A stretch of 64,000 nt of DNA, from NCBI GenBank assembly GCA_043228905.1, contig JBHGNT010000002.1:18476001-18540000 (forward strand), in the 5' to 3' direction. The notes below the pieces were generated by a model. The model did no database searches. It saw only the letters and a program-made list of their open reading frames with translations, and was not told the DNA's origin. Made by a program: the position numbers and the translations under genes. Of the stretch, positions 40,455 to 52,061 are shown piece after piece. Every line of letters starts with the position of its first letter. Positions within the stretch are counted from its first letter, which is position 1. The DNA is from Azolla caroliniana. Its lineage: Eukaryota > Plantae > Polypodiophyta.

Positions 40455-43400
40455 ATGTCTTCCAAGAGAGTCGAGCGCGAGGAGTCCAGGTAGGCCTCTG
40501 ACACTGTGGACATTTTTGTAAATATGTTTCGTTTCCCAAGAACTCGATACAGCGTATCGAGTTCATGTATACAATACAAATATTTATACACGAACTCGAT
40601 ACGGCGTATCGAGTTCGTGTGTAAATATTTGTATTGTATACATGAACTCGATACGCCGTATCGAGATCGTGTTTAAAGTATAGGTTTTAAACACGAACTC
40701 GATACGCCGTATCGAGTTCATGTTTAAAGTGTAGGTTTTAAACACGAACTCGATACGCCGTATCGAGTTCGTGTTTAAAACCTACACTTTATACACGAAC
40801 TCGATACGCCGTATCATGTTCGTGTTTAAAGTGTAGGTTTTAAACACGAACTCGATACGGCATATCGAGTTCGCGGCGTATCGAGTTCGTGTTTAAAACC
40901 TACACTTTAAACACGAACTCGATACGGCGCCTACACTTTAAACACGAACTCGATACGGCGTATCGAGTTCGTGTTTAAAACCTACACTTTAAACACGAAC
41001 TCGATACGGCGTATCGAGTTCGTGTTTAAAACCTACACTTTATACATGAACTCGATACGCCGTATCGAGTTCGTGTTTAAAGTGTAGCCTTTGAGAGAGA
41101 AAAATCGTTACGGGGTGGAAATGATATCAAATTGTCTGGCAAAATCAGTCTTTTTTATGTTTACTTTACTTACGTTTAAACAAATACATGCTCTACTTAT
41201 AGGTTGTTTATGACGTACTTTAGCTTAAAATAGTAGAAAATGATCTACAAATTGCCTTCACTATGGCAAATTCTCCTCAATATAGGTTTAGAATCTATAA
41301 AAGTCACACCTACTATTTAAAAGAATATATAACGAGGTATACTTATTACGATATATATTTTCTAGGCTGAATAGCCCTGCCTATAATAGATTTTTGAATA
41401 TGTTACTGCTCCTGGAAACTGTTCTTCATTATAATAACAACTTCAATCTACGTGACTATCTAACTTATGTTTTTGCATATACTTTCTTAAATAGGTCGTT
41501 TGAGAACCTGTCAGACCGACCCGTAAAGAAAATTAAGCTTCGCATACAAGGTTCTCCAATCGAAGCCCAGACCAAGGTAACTCCGGAGACCATGAAGAGA
41601 GGAAAAAAGCTTCTCTTTAACGAAGAGACAAAATCTCAGCCACATAGTGATGTAAGCCAAAAGAAACTTGTCGCCGCTACTGGAGGCGAAGACCTTCCTG
41701 ACCGAGATCTAACGGACAAGGAATGGTGTATGCAATATGTCGACTCAAAGAAAAAAGTCGTATTGTATACAGCAAAGAAGAAGGGTGAGGGGCAGCTAGG
41801 AAAAGAAACTCCATTTATGTATGGCCGAATTCTACGATTTGACTACGAAGATGCAGATTCGGCCAACATACTGGTAATGATAGAGTGCTCCAAGGGGGTA
41901 CGCAAAGTGTTCCTTTCAGAAGACCTTTTAGTAAAGGAATCTTGTGGGCCTGAAGTGTTCAAAAAAGCACTTGATAACTCACAAAACCTGATTGTTACCT
42001 TGAGGCCTTATATACAAGGCCATGTAACTCTAAGAGATGAAGAGCCCTCCCACGTGAAGGCCACTAAAAAGGTATCCAAAGTCCAGTCAAGACCAGCCAA
42101 GAAGAAGACAACGAAAATGTCGGATACGGATTCGACAAGTGAAAATGAAGAAGAGGATAATAAGGGGACGCCAGGAGCCGAGCTGGCCTCGGGTGTCTTG
42201 TCATCCGAGCAGAATAAAATAAGGAGAGAGTTAATGCAACGGAAGCTGGTCAGGAAAGGGCAAGTATTTAATTTGCCTATAACACACATCCATCGGCCCC
42301 CTATTGATGAAAAAACAGGTCGAAGACCAATTGAGATTAGAGAGCCTCATCGCATGCATGTTCAAAATCTCAAGAAAAAAATGAAAATTAATCCTCATGC
42401 CACAGTGGTGCCTTTTATTGTTATGGTGGATCCTGAAGAATGCGAAACCATTGAAGATTTTGATATCAGAAAGCATGATCAATATAATTATTTTGTCATT
42501 GGTGGATCGCATTCAGCAGAGGCACGTCGGCAACTTGTGAGAGAACATCCAACCACTTTCTTCTTCAAGTATGCCGAGTGCAAAATTTATGTTGGGCTCA
42601 CAACCGAAGAGGCTAAGCTGTTGGCATGGGACCATAATAATGATAATGACTATAGGCAGAAAATGTCGTCTATTGAGCGTATACGGTTCTTCCACCACGA
42701 GTATTTAGATGTGAAACAAAAGTTTGGTGTGAAGTTACATCCAGGCCTTCGACGTCAATGTCTTCATGAAGTCGGCATTGTGGTAGATGATAATGTTAGG
42801 TCCGATGGTCTTCGAAAGTATGAATCTTGGTTTCAATTAGCGTTTAGAGATGGAGAAGTATGGGACCTCCAAGATCAAATCTTCTCAATGTGGGAGAATA
42901 AGGAGGTAAAGGGTCAACGACAAAAGAAATGTAGGGTTGACCCTGAACTAGAATTAAAGTCACAAGCCGCCAAGAAAATTGACTTGACAATTGAAGAAGC
43001 GGCAGACGACATGAAGCTGTCTCTATGGAGAGCGATGCAAGGTATTAAGGACGAGCAGCTTCTTGTGTCGGTTTTGTCAAGGGTTGTGGCGAAAGATTTA
43101 AGCCTTGAAGAAATGGTCACCGAGTTCAATAAGTAAGTCTTTCAAATACTGAAATTGTAGTCTATCTGGTGTAATTCAAAGTTCTAATCTTGATTTCTAA
43201 TTTTATAGTCATAAGGTGTACATGAAGATCCAAGAAGTAATGATGAAACAACTTGGATGTATAACTTGGGAACAAGTGACCGAGGATTATCCTCTAACGT
43301 CTTCGTATAAGGCGTTATCAGAGTATTTTATTGCATTCAAGGATTGGGTTAGTATTGATGTTTTTTCATTACCCTTTCATCATATGTAGAGCTTGTATAA

Positions 43401-44719
43401 TAATACCTGATGTCCTATTGTTTCTATTAGAAACCGTGTCGAGGCAAGAAACAAGGAGAAGTTAAGGATATACACGATTTCCCTACATCCTTCCTTGCAC
43501 ATCTCGAGCGAGCCAGAAAAGAAAAGGATCGTCGCTTAGTCAAGGCATACGAAATGGAGGAAGATGGCTCGTTTAAAAAATTTAGCCACAAAAAAGATAT
43601 TACGAGAGATCTTTACTACAATGTGGTTTGCGGTGATGTCATCGACTTGATCCAGAAGGTGCCAAAGAAGGAATATACGCTAATGATTGCGGATATTCCT
43701 TACGGATTTCGAATGGCTGGGTCATCATACGACGATGAACCGTTTAGGTTTAAACAATTGGAGAAGATGGTCAAGGATTTCGCTGAGCTAACGACCGCAT
43801 CCTTGTGGCGAATAGTTGTCTTTCATAGTATGGACCAAGGGTACTCGGTAGCTCAAGCTTTGAGATCTCGTTGCCATGGCATCGAGAACCTTGCATGGTA
43901 AGTATTATTTATAGGTGTCTTTCATTATATTGCAATTCTTAAGGTTGTTGAATCTATTCTTAACTCGATGAATTATTTTTTATAGGATCAAGACCAATGT
44001 AAATAGAAGGCCAACTTTTCGGTTCGTTAATGCCATTGAATACATAACGGTTGGCTACTTCGACGAAATTAAAAAACAGAGAATCAAAGAGCATTCTAAT
44101 GAAGTGGGAGGTTCAAATCTGTTGGTATATCCAGCAGTGACTCGGAAATTGCGACATGTCACCACGACAGAACGGGGACTTGTCAACCCATACCAAAAAC
44201 CTCAACGACTTATGATGCGCTTGATCGAGATGTTTTCTGTCGAAGGAGACTGGATATTAGATCTCTTTTCTGGCACAGGTATTCCTCGAACTAGGGTAAC
44301 GATCTTGAGATAACCAATCACTTTCTTTCGTTTGACAACTAAATCTTCTTGTTACTTACATCATAGGAACTACGTCAGCATGTGCATTGAAGCTGTTCAG
44401 AAATACAGTTGCATTGGAGAAGGACGAGGACCAAGTTATATTTATTAATATGCGGATTAAGGCTTTGTGGGAGTGCCCAGACCAGGATGAGGAGGTCGGT
44501 GCAAAGAACCTCGCCAATACAGAAAGGTTTCAACCCGCTTCGCGAGAGCCTATTCCTCCGTTAGCCGGCGAACCGGGGGAGCTAATAGAGCTTGATGATG
44601 AGCTTATAGAAGATATTTCGTTGGCCCGGCTAACAGGGGAAACCAATGCACGTATAGCCGAAGACAGTTCTACACAAGATGATGAAGAAAATGACGTTGA
44701 TGAATTGATTGCTATGTAA
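40455..44719 (+). CDS. ParB/Sulfiredoxin-like domain fused to beta-class N6-adenine/N4-cytosine DNA methyltransferase; 6 exons, 974 aa
   Basis: Exons 40455-40489, 41495-43132, 43209-43347, 43431-43897, 43986-44278, 44367-44719; all introns GT-AG and phase-compatible; 2925 nt with no internal stop. Motifs: YFVIGGSHSAEA (ParB-like), CGDVIDL, MIADIPYG, WIKTN, NPYQKPQRL, ILDLFSGTGTT, ALEKD. Exon 1 is the least certain. Confidence 0.88.
40540..41087. repeat. Array of ~10 complete plus 2 half copies of a long palindrome (51-52 bp period)
   Basis: AACACGAACTCGATACG(C/G)CGTATCGAGTTCGTGTT, centres at about 40552, 40604, 40656, 40707, 40758, 40809, 40860, 40958, 41009, 41060. Confidence 0.95.
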
Positions 44720-45730
44720 TAGACTATATAAAGAATATGACACTGACGATTTGTTAAGATTTCATATTATTAATACAAATTTTGGGTTTTACCTAGTGGA
44801 TTCTATTCTTTATAATCATCTATATGTTTCAATTTTATTTTTATATACTTCATTAGTAGATTTATGATATTGGTTTCACCGCGTGCATAGCTGACTACCA
44901 AACTTATGGAGAAACATGAACTAGCTTAAATGGAGGCTGATTTTGGTCTAAGCTAACCTTAACAGAACATGGCCCTATAATTATTGCCATGACTGTCCAT
45001 GTTGTTATTATGGATCTTTGTCTTATATTGTTAAAACTATTATGTGTCTATTCCATTGCTGCTTAGATTGTGTAGTGTGTTGATAATGGTTCCAGTTGCG
45101 TTATCGTTCGGAGTTTGATCTTGTGTGAATCACCTAAGCAATAGAGTAGATCAATTTTAAATACAGGTATGAAAGCCTAATAGGTTTGTTATTTCCACGA
45201 CATTATCCTAAAGTTCACTGCCTTACATTGTGCACAATTATATACACATATGGTTTGATCCCATATGAACAAACTGAGGAATAGATTAGATCAACTTTTA
45301 ATATAAGTATTGAATACTTTAATAAGTTAGTTATTCCAATCACTTATCCTAATGTGCACTATCCTACATTTTCCCCAATTACATACATGCACATATGGGT
45401 CAAAGTATAAATTATATCTCATTTTATTAGTATGGATACAAGTACACCTCATATTTTTGTAAAACCTACCTAATTAATATAAGTCTTTAAGTTAGTGTTT
45501 CCCTTGTCGCACAATAGTGCCATATTGAGCCATAGTTGAACTTTATTTAGATACATTAACTTATCAACATGTCTAAACTTGCATGATTTCTACTGATCTC
45601 CACTCGTAGATCTATCATGTATTTTTATATTTGCAAATTCTTATCAAGTTGAGGAACATGTGATACTAGTGTATCCAATTATTGTAGAGAGGGTGTATTT
45701 TCTTCGTTTTAAGAAGATTCTACAAGTGGA

Positions 45731-45766
45731 ATGCGCAATCCTTCCACTTGTGAACGCGAACGTGTT
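45731..45766 (-). repeat. Right TIR
   Basis: ATGCGCAATCCTTCCACTTGTGAACGCGAACGTGTT is the reverse complement of the left TIR with 1 mismatch. Confidence 0.95.
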
Positions 45767-47401
45767 TCAATAGTATTAGCATTAATATCCTAGAAGTCAT
45801 TGGGCACCTCGCTCTTCAATTGGTGTTGCTCCTTTTCATGGGTTGAACTGGTGTTCTACACTAACACTTTATTCGTAGTACAAACTTGTTCCTCTTCTTG
45901 GGTGGTTGCTGTCTTCATTGCAAAATCCTCGTTGATGATGTTAGACACCTGGATCTTTGTAGAGTCTTGCTCCAAGTGCAAGCTACTTGCGGTGTTTTGG
46001 TAAGACACCCCATTCATAGTACAACCTTGTTCCTCTTCTTGGGTGGTTGCTACAATCTCAAGGGCCATACAGTCTTGCCCCAGGTTAAGTCTACTTACGT
46101 TGTTCTGGACACACACCTCATTCGTAGTACAACCCAGTTCCACTTCTTGGGTGGTTGCTACAATCTCCTTATTCATTGTACAACCATGCTCCTCCTCTTG
46201 GGTCAAATTCACATTCCCTGCAGACTCCTCGTATAAGTCGCTTGTCACCTCGTTCTTTGTCCACTCCGTGTCCTCTTTTTGGGTGATTTCACATTCCTCA
46301 TGTGTGGTAGCGTCTGAGCCTGAATCATCAAGATTGCTCCACAATGTGCCTGAATCATCTGAACTCATTTGAGAATCTACATGTTCTTCTACTCCTAAGT
46401 AACGTAGAGGGATACAAGAACAATATCAATTCACATTCTTAAAAAGTGAAGGCACCCAGCCATATCAATTAACATACAAGGTTAAGGCACAAACGTTTAC
46501 CTAATGTTACATCTTCATCCTGTTCTTTTGTAGATGAGTCTTTGCAGATGATTGTGTTTGTCATGTGTTGCAAGACCTAGTTTGCATTGGCATCACACTC
46601 GTCATTATTGCTCTTCATCATGCCAAGATTTCACAACACTTTCTATATATTAATACACCAATACCATTATTGTCACTAGGGTGATGTGGTCAAAATAACT
46701 CTTAGATGAGAGGGTTCCCAACATGTACTTAGGAGTGAGATAAATTCTTTTTCATGTTGTGACTCTGAATCGGTATCTCCATTTTCATTAATTGTTTCTT
46801 CCTTGTCTAAAAACAAAAGTACCTGGTATTAGTCTTGCTCTTTAACTTTACAACTCTCAAAGTTTGTGAGAATTTCAATCAACTCTGCATTTCTTCCACT
46901 TTCCATACAATTTCTTTGCAGCATTACGCTTCTTCGTAGGCTCTTTGATAAAAACATAAAATATTAGAAGTATACCAACATTTCATATATTAGAATTTCA
47001 CACACAATTAGCATTACTGTTCACACAGTTAGGGTGAGCTGAGCTAGGAGAATTTGTTTGAAGCAACAACTCTTCAATTGATCCAATTGCCCTTCTCATA
47101 CATTCATCTTCATCATAAATTTCATCAATTACCACTAAGGAACAACCGTGGACGTTAGAATTTGCAGCAAACTCTGTACGTAGTAGTGGGGGGGCTGGTT
47201 GGTCAATTACCTTCCCTGGTTGGTGTTGCTTGAAACCACAACATTCATATTACAAGAGTACATATTATAACATGAGTCCAATATTACAAATAATATCAGT
47301 AAGGAATCAAGTGGACATTTAAGACCTTCGGTACTAAATATTCAATATTGAGCAAGGTTGTTAGGTACGTTAGATACGGTACGTATATAACGTATTAATA
47401 T

Positions 47402-50400
47402 TGTGAAATGCTCAAGATGTGAAATGCTCTCAAGAATAGCCTCATTTTCCATTACGTTCCAAGTTACATTTTATAGACTACTCTTAGCATGGAGGGTGTT
47501 CTCCCGCTCCAATTAGCTCTTCTAATTATGGGGCCTTGGTAGGGACCTAATTTGGGTGTGGTCCATGTGACCGCCACAGTTCCCCCTTGTAAAAAGAAGT
47601 TATTGTGCGGTTGGATCGTGATGGGGCGTGGACGACGGTTCTAGGATGGGGGATGACACGGGCGTGGGCGTGGGTGTGGGCGTGGGTGCGGGCGGGGGTG
47701 ATGGTAGCTGATGGACGGGCTTCATGCGAGACTGGTGGGCAAAGGTAGAGTGGTTGTTGGAGGCACGACGGAGCAAATGTGTAGTGTTGTGTATTTGCTT
47801 TTGAACTTCGAAGGGATTCATCCATCGGTGCATGAGAGAGTCGTTGAGGCCGCAACGACGGATGGGGAAATAGACGAGGACTTTGTCACCGACGTGGTAT
47901 TGATGGTCGTCGCGGCCTGCATCGTGTTGTCGTTTTTGGTGTAGCTGTGCTTGGTGCAGGTTGCTTGTGATGGCTTTGCGGAGGAGAGGCTGGAGTTGTT
48001 GCAGGTGGGACCACTGGGACACTACGTCAGAGTGGAGTCATGTGATTGGTTGCGGGACTGCCACTTCTAGGGGTAAGCGCGGGTCCCTTCCGTAAAGGGC
48101 CCGAAATGGGCTAATGCGGGTGGAGGCTTGCACAGTTGTGTTGTAGGCATGTGTAACGAAGGGCAAGATCCGGTCCCAGGTCGAGTGCAATGGATCGATG
48201 TAGGCCGAGATTTGTTGTTTTAAGGTTTGATTGAGGCGCTCCGTCAATCCATTCGTCTGCGGATGGTAGGGTGATGTGAATAATTGTTGGATCCCTAATT
48301 GTGTAGAAATGAGGCGTAGGAGCTCGCTGTTAAACTGGGGTTCTCGATCGGACAAGATTTGGAGTGGCCAACCGTGGGGGAAGATGATTTTCTCCAATAG
48401 TTTGGAGGCGATGGTCATAGCCTTCGCATCTGGGATAGCGGTCATCTCAACCCAACGCGTCAAGTACTCGATTATGACAAGGATGAATTTGTTCCCTTCT
48501 TGTGACTCGGGAAAGGTGCCCATAGTGTCCCATCCGATGATTTCAAATGGAGCGTGAACTTGTATCGGATGTAAGAGGCCTTGGGCCACTTGAGGTGATT
48601 TGATGGCTTGTCATAAGTTGCATGCTTTGATGTAGGAGGCGACCTCGTGGCGTAGCCCCGGCCAATAGAATTTGCAACGGATTTTATCTAGCACCTTATG
48701 AAAACCCAAGTGGCCGGACAACATGTGATCGTGGAAGAAACGAAGGTAAGATAGGCGCAGTTGCTCAGGCACATAGACCCGGGCCGGGGTTCCTTGCCTA
48801 CTTGGAAAAAAAGCAGGACATTATCCTAGATCATGAATTGCTTGGTGAGGGATGATGTGGGCTCGGCTTGTAGGCGGTGGTAGATGGCTTGGATTTTTTT
48901 GTCGTGTTGTTGCATGTTGGCCATTTGGGACGAGGATATGGGGAAATTGATTGTGTTAGAGGCGATCTGGTTCTCTTGAAAGGATATGCGGGATAATCCA
49001 TCGGCGACGATGTTCTGGGGGCCACGGCGATAGCGCAGAGTGAATGTGTAGTCCTGTAGCGCCAAAGCCCAACGGAGCGACCGGGTGGATGAACCTTCTT
49101 TATGGGGGAGAGCAATGGCTGATGATCGGTTTCGACTGATGTATTTGATCCATGTAAGTATGGGTGGAAATGATGGAATGCCCAGACGATGGTGAGCAAC
49201 TCTTTTTCGGTTGTCATGTAATTTTGTTCGGCTTTGGTAAGTGACTGACTTATGTAGGCAATCGGGCGGAGTTGGTCGTTGTCGTCGGATTGGAGCAGGA
49301 CCGCACCAAGGCCGACATTGGAGACATTCGTCTGCAGATGGAAAGGCTTCGTGAAATCAGGGTGGGCCAGGAGGTCAGAGGCTTGGAGTGTTCACTTGAG
49401 CTCCAGGAAGCTTGATTCACAGGCTTCGGTCCATAGGAAGGGTGCATCCTTTTGTAGGAGCGCGTGTAGTGGGGCTGACAGGTCGGCTAGCTGTGGGATG
49501 AGGCGGAGAGAGAACGTAAGGAGGCCGAGGAAGCGTTGAAGTAGCTTGACTATGGTGGGGCGTGGGAATTTTTGGACTGCTTCCGTCTTCTCTGGGTCCA
49601 TCGGTACTCCGTCAGAGGAGATGACGTACCCGAGGAAGTGGAGGCACGTACTACCCCATCGACACTTCTTCCATTGCAGCTGCAATCGATAGCATTGAAC
49701 ACAAGTTAGGACCTCCCGAAGGACTTGAAGGTGTTCTGCCCAAGTGCTTGTATGTATCAGAATATCGTCTAGATGGACGATGACGACGTGGCGGGTGATG
49801 AGATCATCGAAGATGGTGTTAGCCATTCGCTGGAATGTGCCCCCAACATCGGATAGGCCGAAGGGCATCTATGTGAACTAAAAAATGTCTTTCCTAGCGC
49901 GGAAAGCAATTTTCTGGGCATCTTTAGGATTCATAGGGATCTGCCAATATCCCGAGGCCAAATCGAGGGAGATGAAGTACTTTGATTTGTCGAGCTGGTC
50001 GAGGAGGTCGTCGATACAAGGGAGAGGATATTGGTCATGGGTGGTGACATGGTTTAGTTGTCAGAAGTCGACACAAAAATGGTAAGAACCATCCCCTTTC
50101 TTTACCATGTGTGGCTCTAAGATCCACTTGCTCCTGGAAGGTGTGATAATCCCCTATTGTAGCATAGTTTGGATGGCGTTGTCCATGCGCTCGTGGTCGA
50201 GAGGCGAGCGACGTCGGGGAGCTGCGCTAATGGAGCGGGCGTTGCCTGTAGGAATCGTGTGGTGGATCGGAAAACGGACCGAGGGAGGTTTTGCAGGTGG
50301 TGTAGACAACGAGGGAAAGGTGGCTAGGAGCCGTCGGATGTCGTGGATGCGCTCTATCGGTGATACCAAGTACTGTGTGTTGCTGATGTGGGTGGTATCT

Positions 50401-52061
50401 CGCGGAGTAGTGAAGAGCGCAATCGGAAGGTGATTGGGGAGGATGAGCTGTTGTGAGGACAAATCGAGACAGGCTCGACAATGGAGGAACCAATCACAAC
50501 CCAGGGTGATTGGGAACAACTAGTGTGGGAGGACGTAGAAACAATGTTGAATCTGGGCGCAATTGATGGTGAGCATGCACATGACTTGCGTATGTGAGTG
50601 GTACAACCGTTGTTGGTCACCAAAGAGGATTTTAATGGGCGGTGCCTGGCTCGTGGGAAGTTGTAATTGGGTGACAAAATCTGCGTTGATGGAAGAGATG
50701 TTGTTGTCGGAGTAGAGGAGAACTTCTTGGGTCGTGTGCTGGAGGCGGGCGATTGTGGTACAAACAGGCAAAGTTGATGACGTGGAGGTGTGGACATGCG
50801 TGGTCGGCTCGATCGTGCTATAAACGGGAGAAGTTGATGACGTGGAGGCATGGACGTGTGGGGGCGGCTCTCCTTGCGGCACCTCGCGCATTAGTTTTCC
50901 GAGAGTTCAGAGAGGGAGGCAGCGTCGGCTAATTGGATGTTCTACTTCTGTTGGTGATTTTGCCACTTTCGACAGTGACACCAAATGTGGCCATAGTTGT
51001 TGCAGTAGAAACATTTGGGGCATCCCTGGCTGTCTTGTTCGGGCAATGCACACTTGGCGCGTAATTGCGCGTTTTGGACATCGATGTCCATGGGAGTGGC
51101 GGCTGGCATAGTGTTTGTATGATCATGACTAAGATTACCTGGTGCGTGCATGTCGTGCGCGTCTGCATCTTCGATGTGTTGGGCGGTGAGGATGGCTTCG
51201 TGTAGTGTCGCCAGGCCTTGATTGTGTACACGGCGACAAAGATCACGTCGAATACGCGACCAGAAAAAAACAACATGTCTTCCGACATGTTGGCGTGAGC
51301 TCGGCCGGCGTAGGATCTGCACAAACCGAACCACGAACTGGGTGATGGGTTCGCGTGGTTGTTGGGCAATTAACTGACTTGTTGTAGGGCCATCTAGCGG
51401 GAGTCTTGATGAGCAAAATTCTGAATCATGGATGCCCCTAACAGATCCCAGTTGTTACGTGTCTCTTCGGGTTGTTGGACGAGCCATGTTGCTGCGATAT
51501 TCTCGAGGAGTGTCTTCATTTCCATTTCCTTCCAGGGGTGTGGCCACTGGTGGTAACTAGCCACCATTTCGAAATGATCCAGCCAAGAGAGGACATCTTC
51601 CGATGGTAGGCCGGAGAATGGTTTTGGGCGAACTCGAGGGTCCGGGAGATTTTGTTGTGGCTCGGATCGTGCTGAAAAAAATGACAACATGGCTTGGTTA
51701 GTATGGTTAACTTGTAAAATAATGTTGGACAAGGCTTGAACCAGTTGGTCGATTGGCGATGTTGGCTAATGTTCTTGAGTTTGTTGTTGTAGGAATTCCG
51801 GATTCATTGAGTTTGCGTTGCCGCCGTTGATGTCGTGTTGCATCGTGGCGTGTTGTTAGGGTCGTGAGTTAGGGTTGCTTTTCCCGCTTCTCCACCAAGA
51901 TGTGAAATGCTCTCAAGAATAGCCTCCTTTTCAATTACGTTCCAAGTTATATTTTATAGACTACTCTTAGCGTGGAGGGGGTTCTCCCGCTCCAATTAGC
52001 TCTTCTAATTATGGGGGCTTGGTAGGGGCCTAATTTGGGTGTGGTCCATGTGATCGCCACA
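47402..52061 (-). mobile_element. Decayed Ty3/Gypsy element with short LTRs
   Basis: LTRs 47402/47418-47578 and 51901-52061 (~161 bp); flanks ATAT/ATAT; PBS TGGTGGAGAAGCGGG; order gag(CFYCNNYGH)-PR-RT(HLDD)-RH-INT(HPQTNGLTER). Confidence 0.9.

Larger units (their letters stand above)
36502..45766. mobile_element. Complete Sola-like cut-and-paste DNA transposon carrying a ParB-like/DNA methyltransferase gene
   Basis: 36-bp TIRs, 4-bp TSD TCAA (36498-36501, 45767-45770), DDD transposase, and an empty site that restores a flanking reading frame. Confidence 0.93.
36290..47160 (-). pseudogene. Older low-complexity multi-exon pseudogene split by the Sola-like element
   Basis: ORF 46368-45856 (repeats of IVATTQEEE.GCT.N) continues through TAG stops to ..DINANTI|DRIFLEVCASQ..SDDEVPLSSL across the TCAA empty site. 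Confidence 0.6.

Noticed and set aside
40540-41087. CRISPR array
   Set aside because: Spacers are short, repeated and invertible rather than unique; no cas genes; eukaryotic intron context
41394-41494. ORF-track N-terminus MNMLLLLETV.. of the 580-aa ORF
   Set aside because: AT-rich sequence ending in a clear acceptor (TTCTTAAATAG); treated as read-through of intron 1
40455-44719. Bacterial contamination explaining the methyltransferase
   Set aside because: The gene has phase-consistent spliceosomal introns and a TATA box, and lies within TIRs and a TSD embedded among plant retroelements
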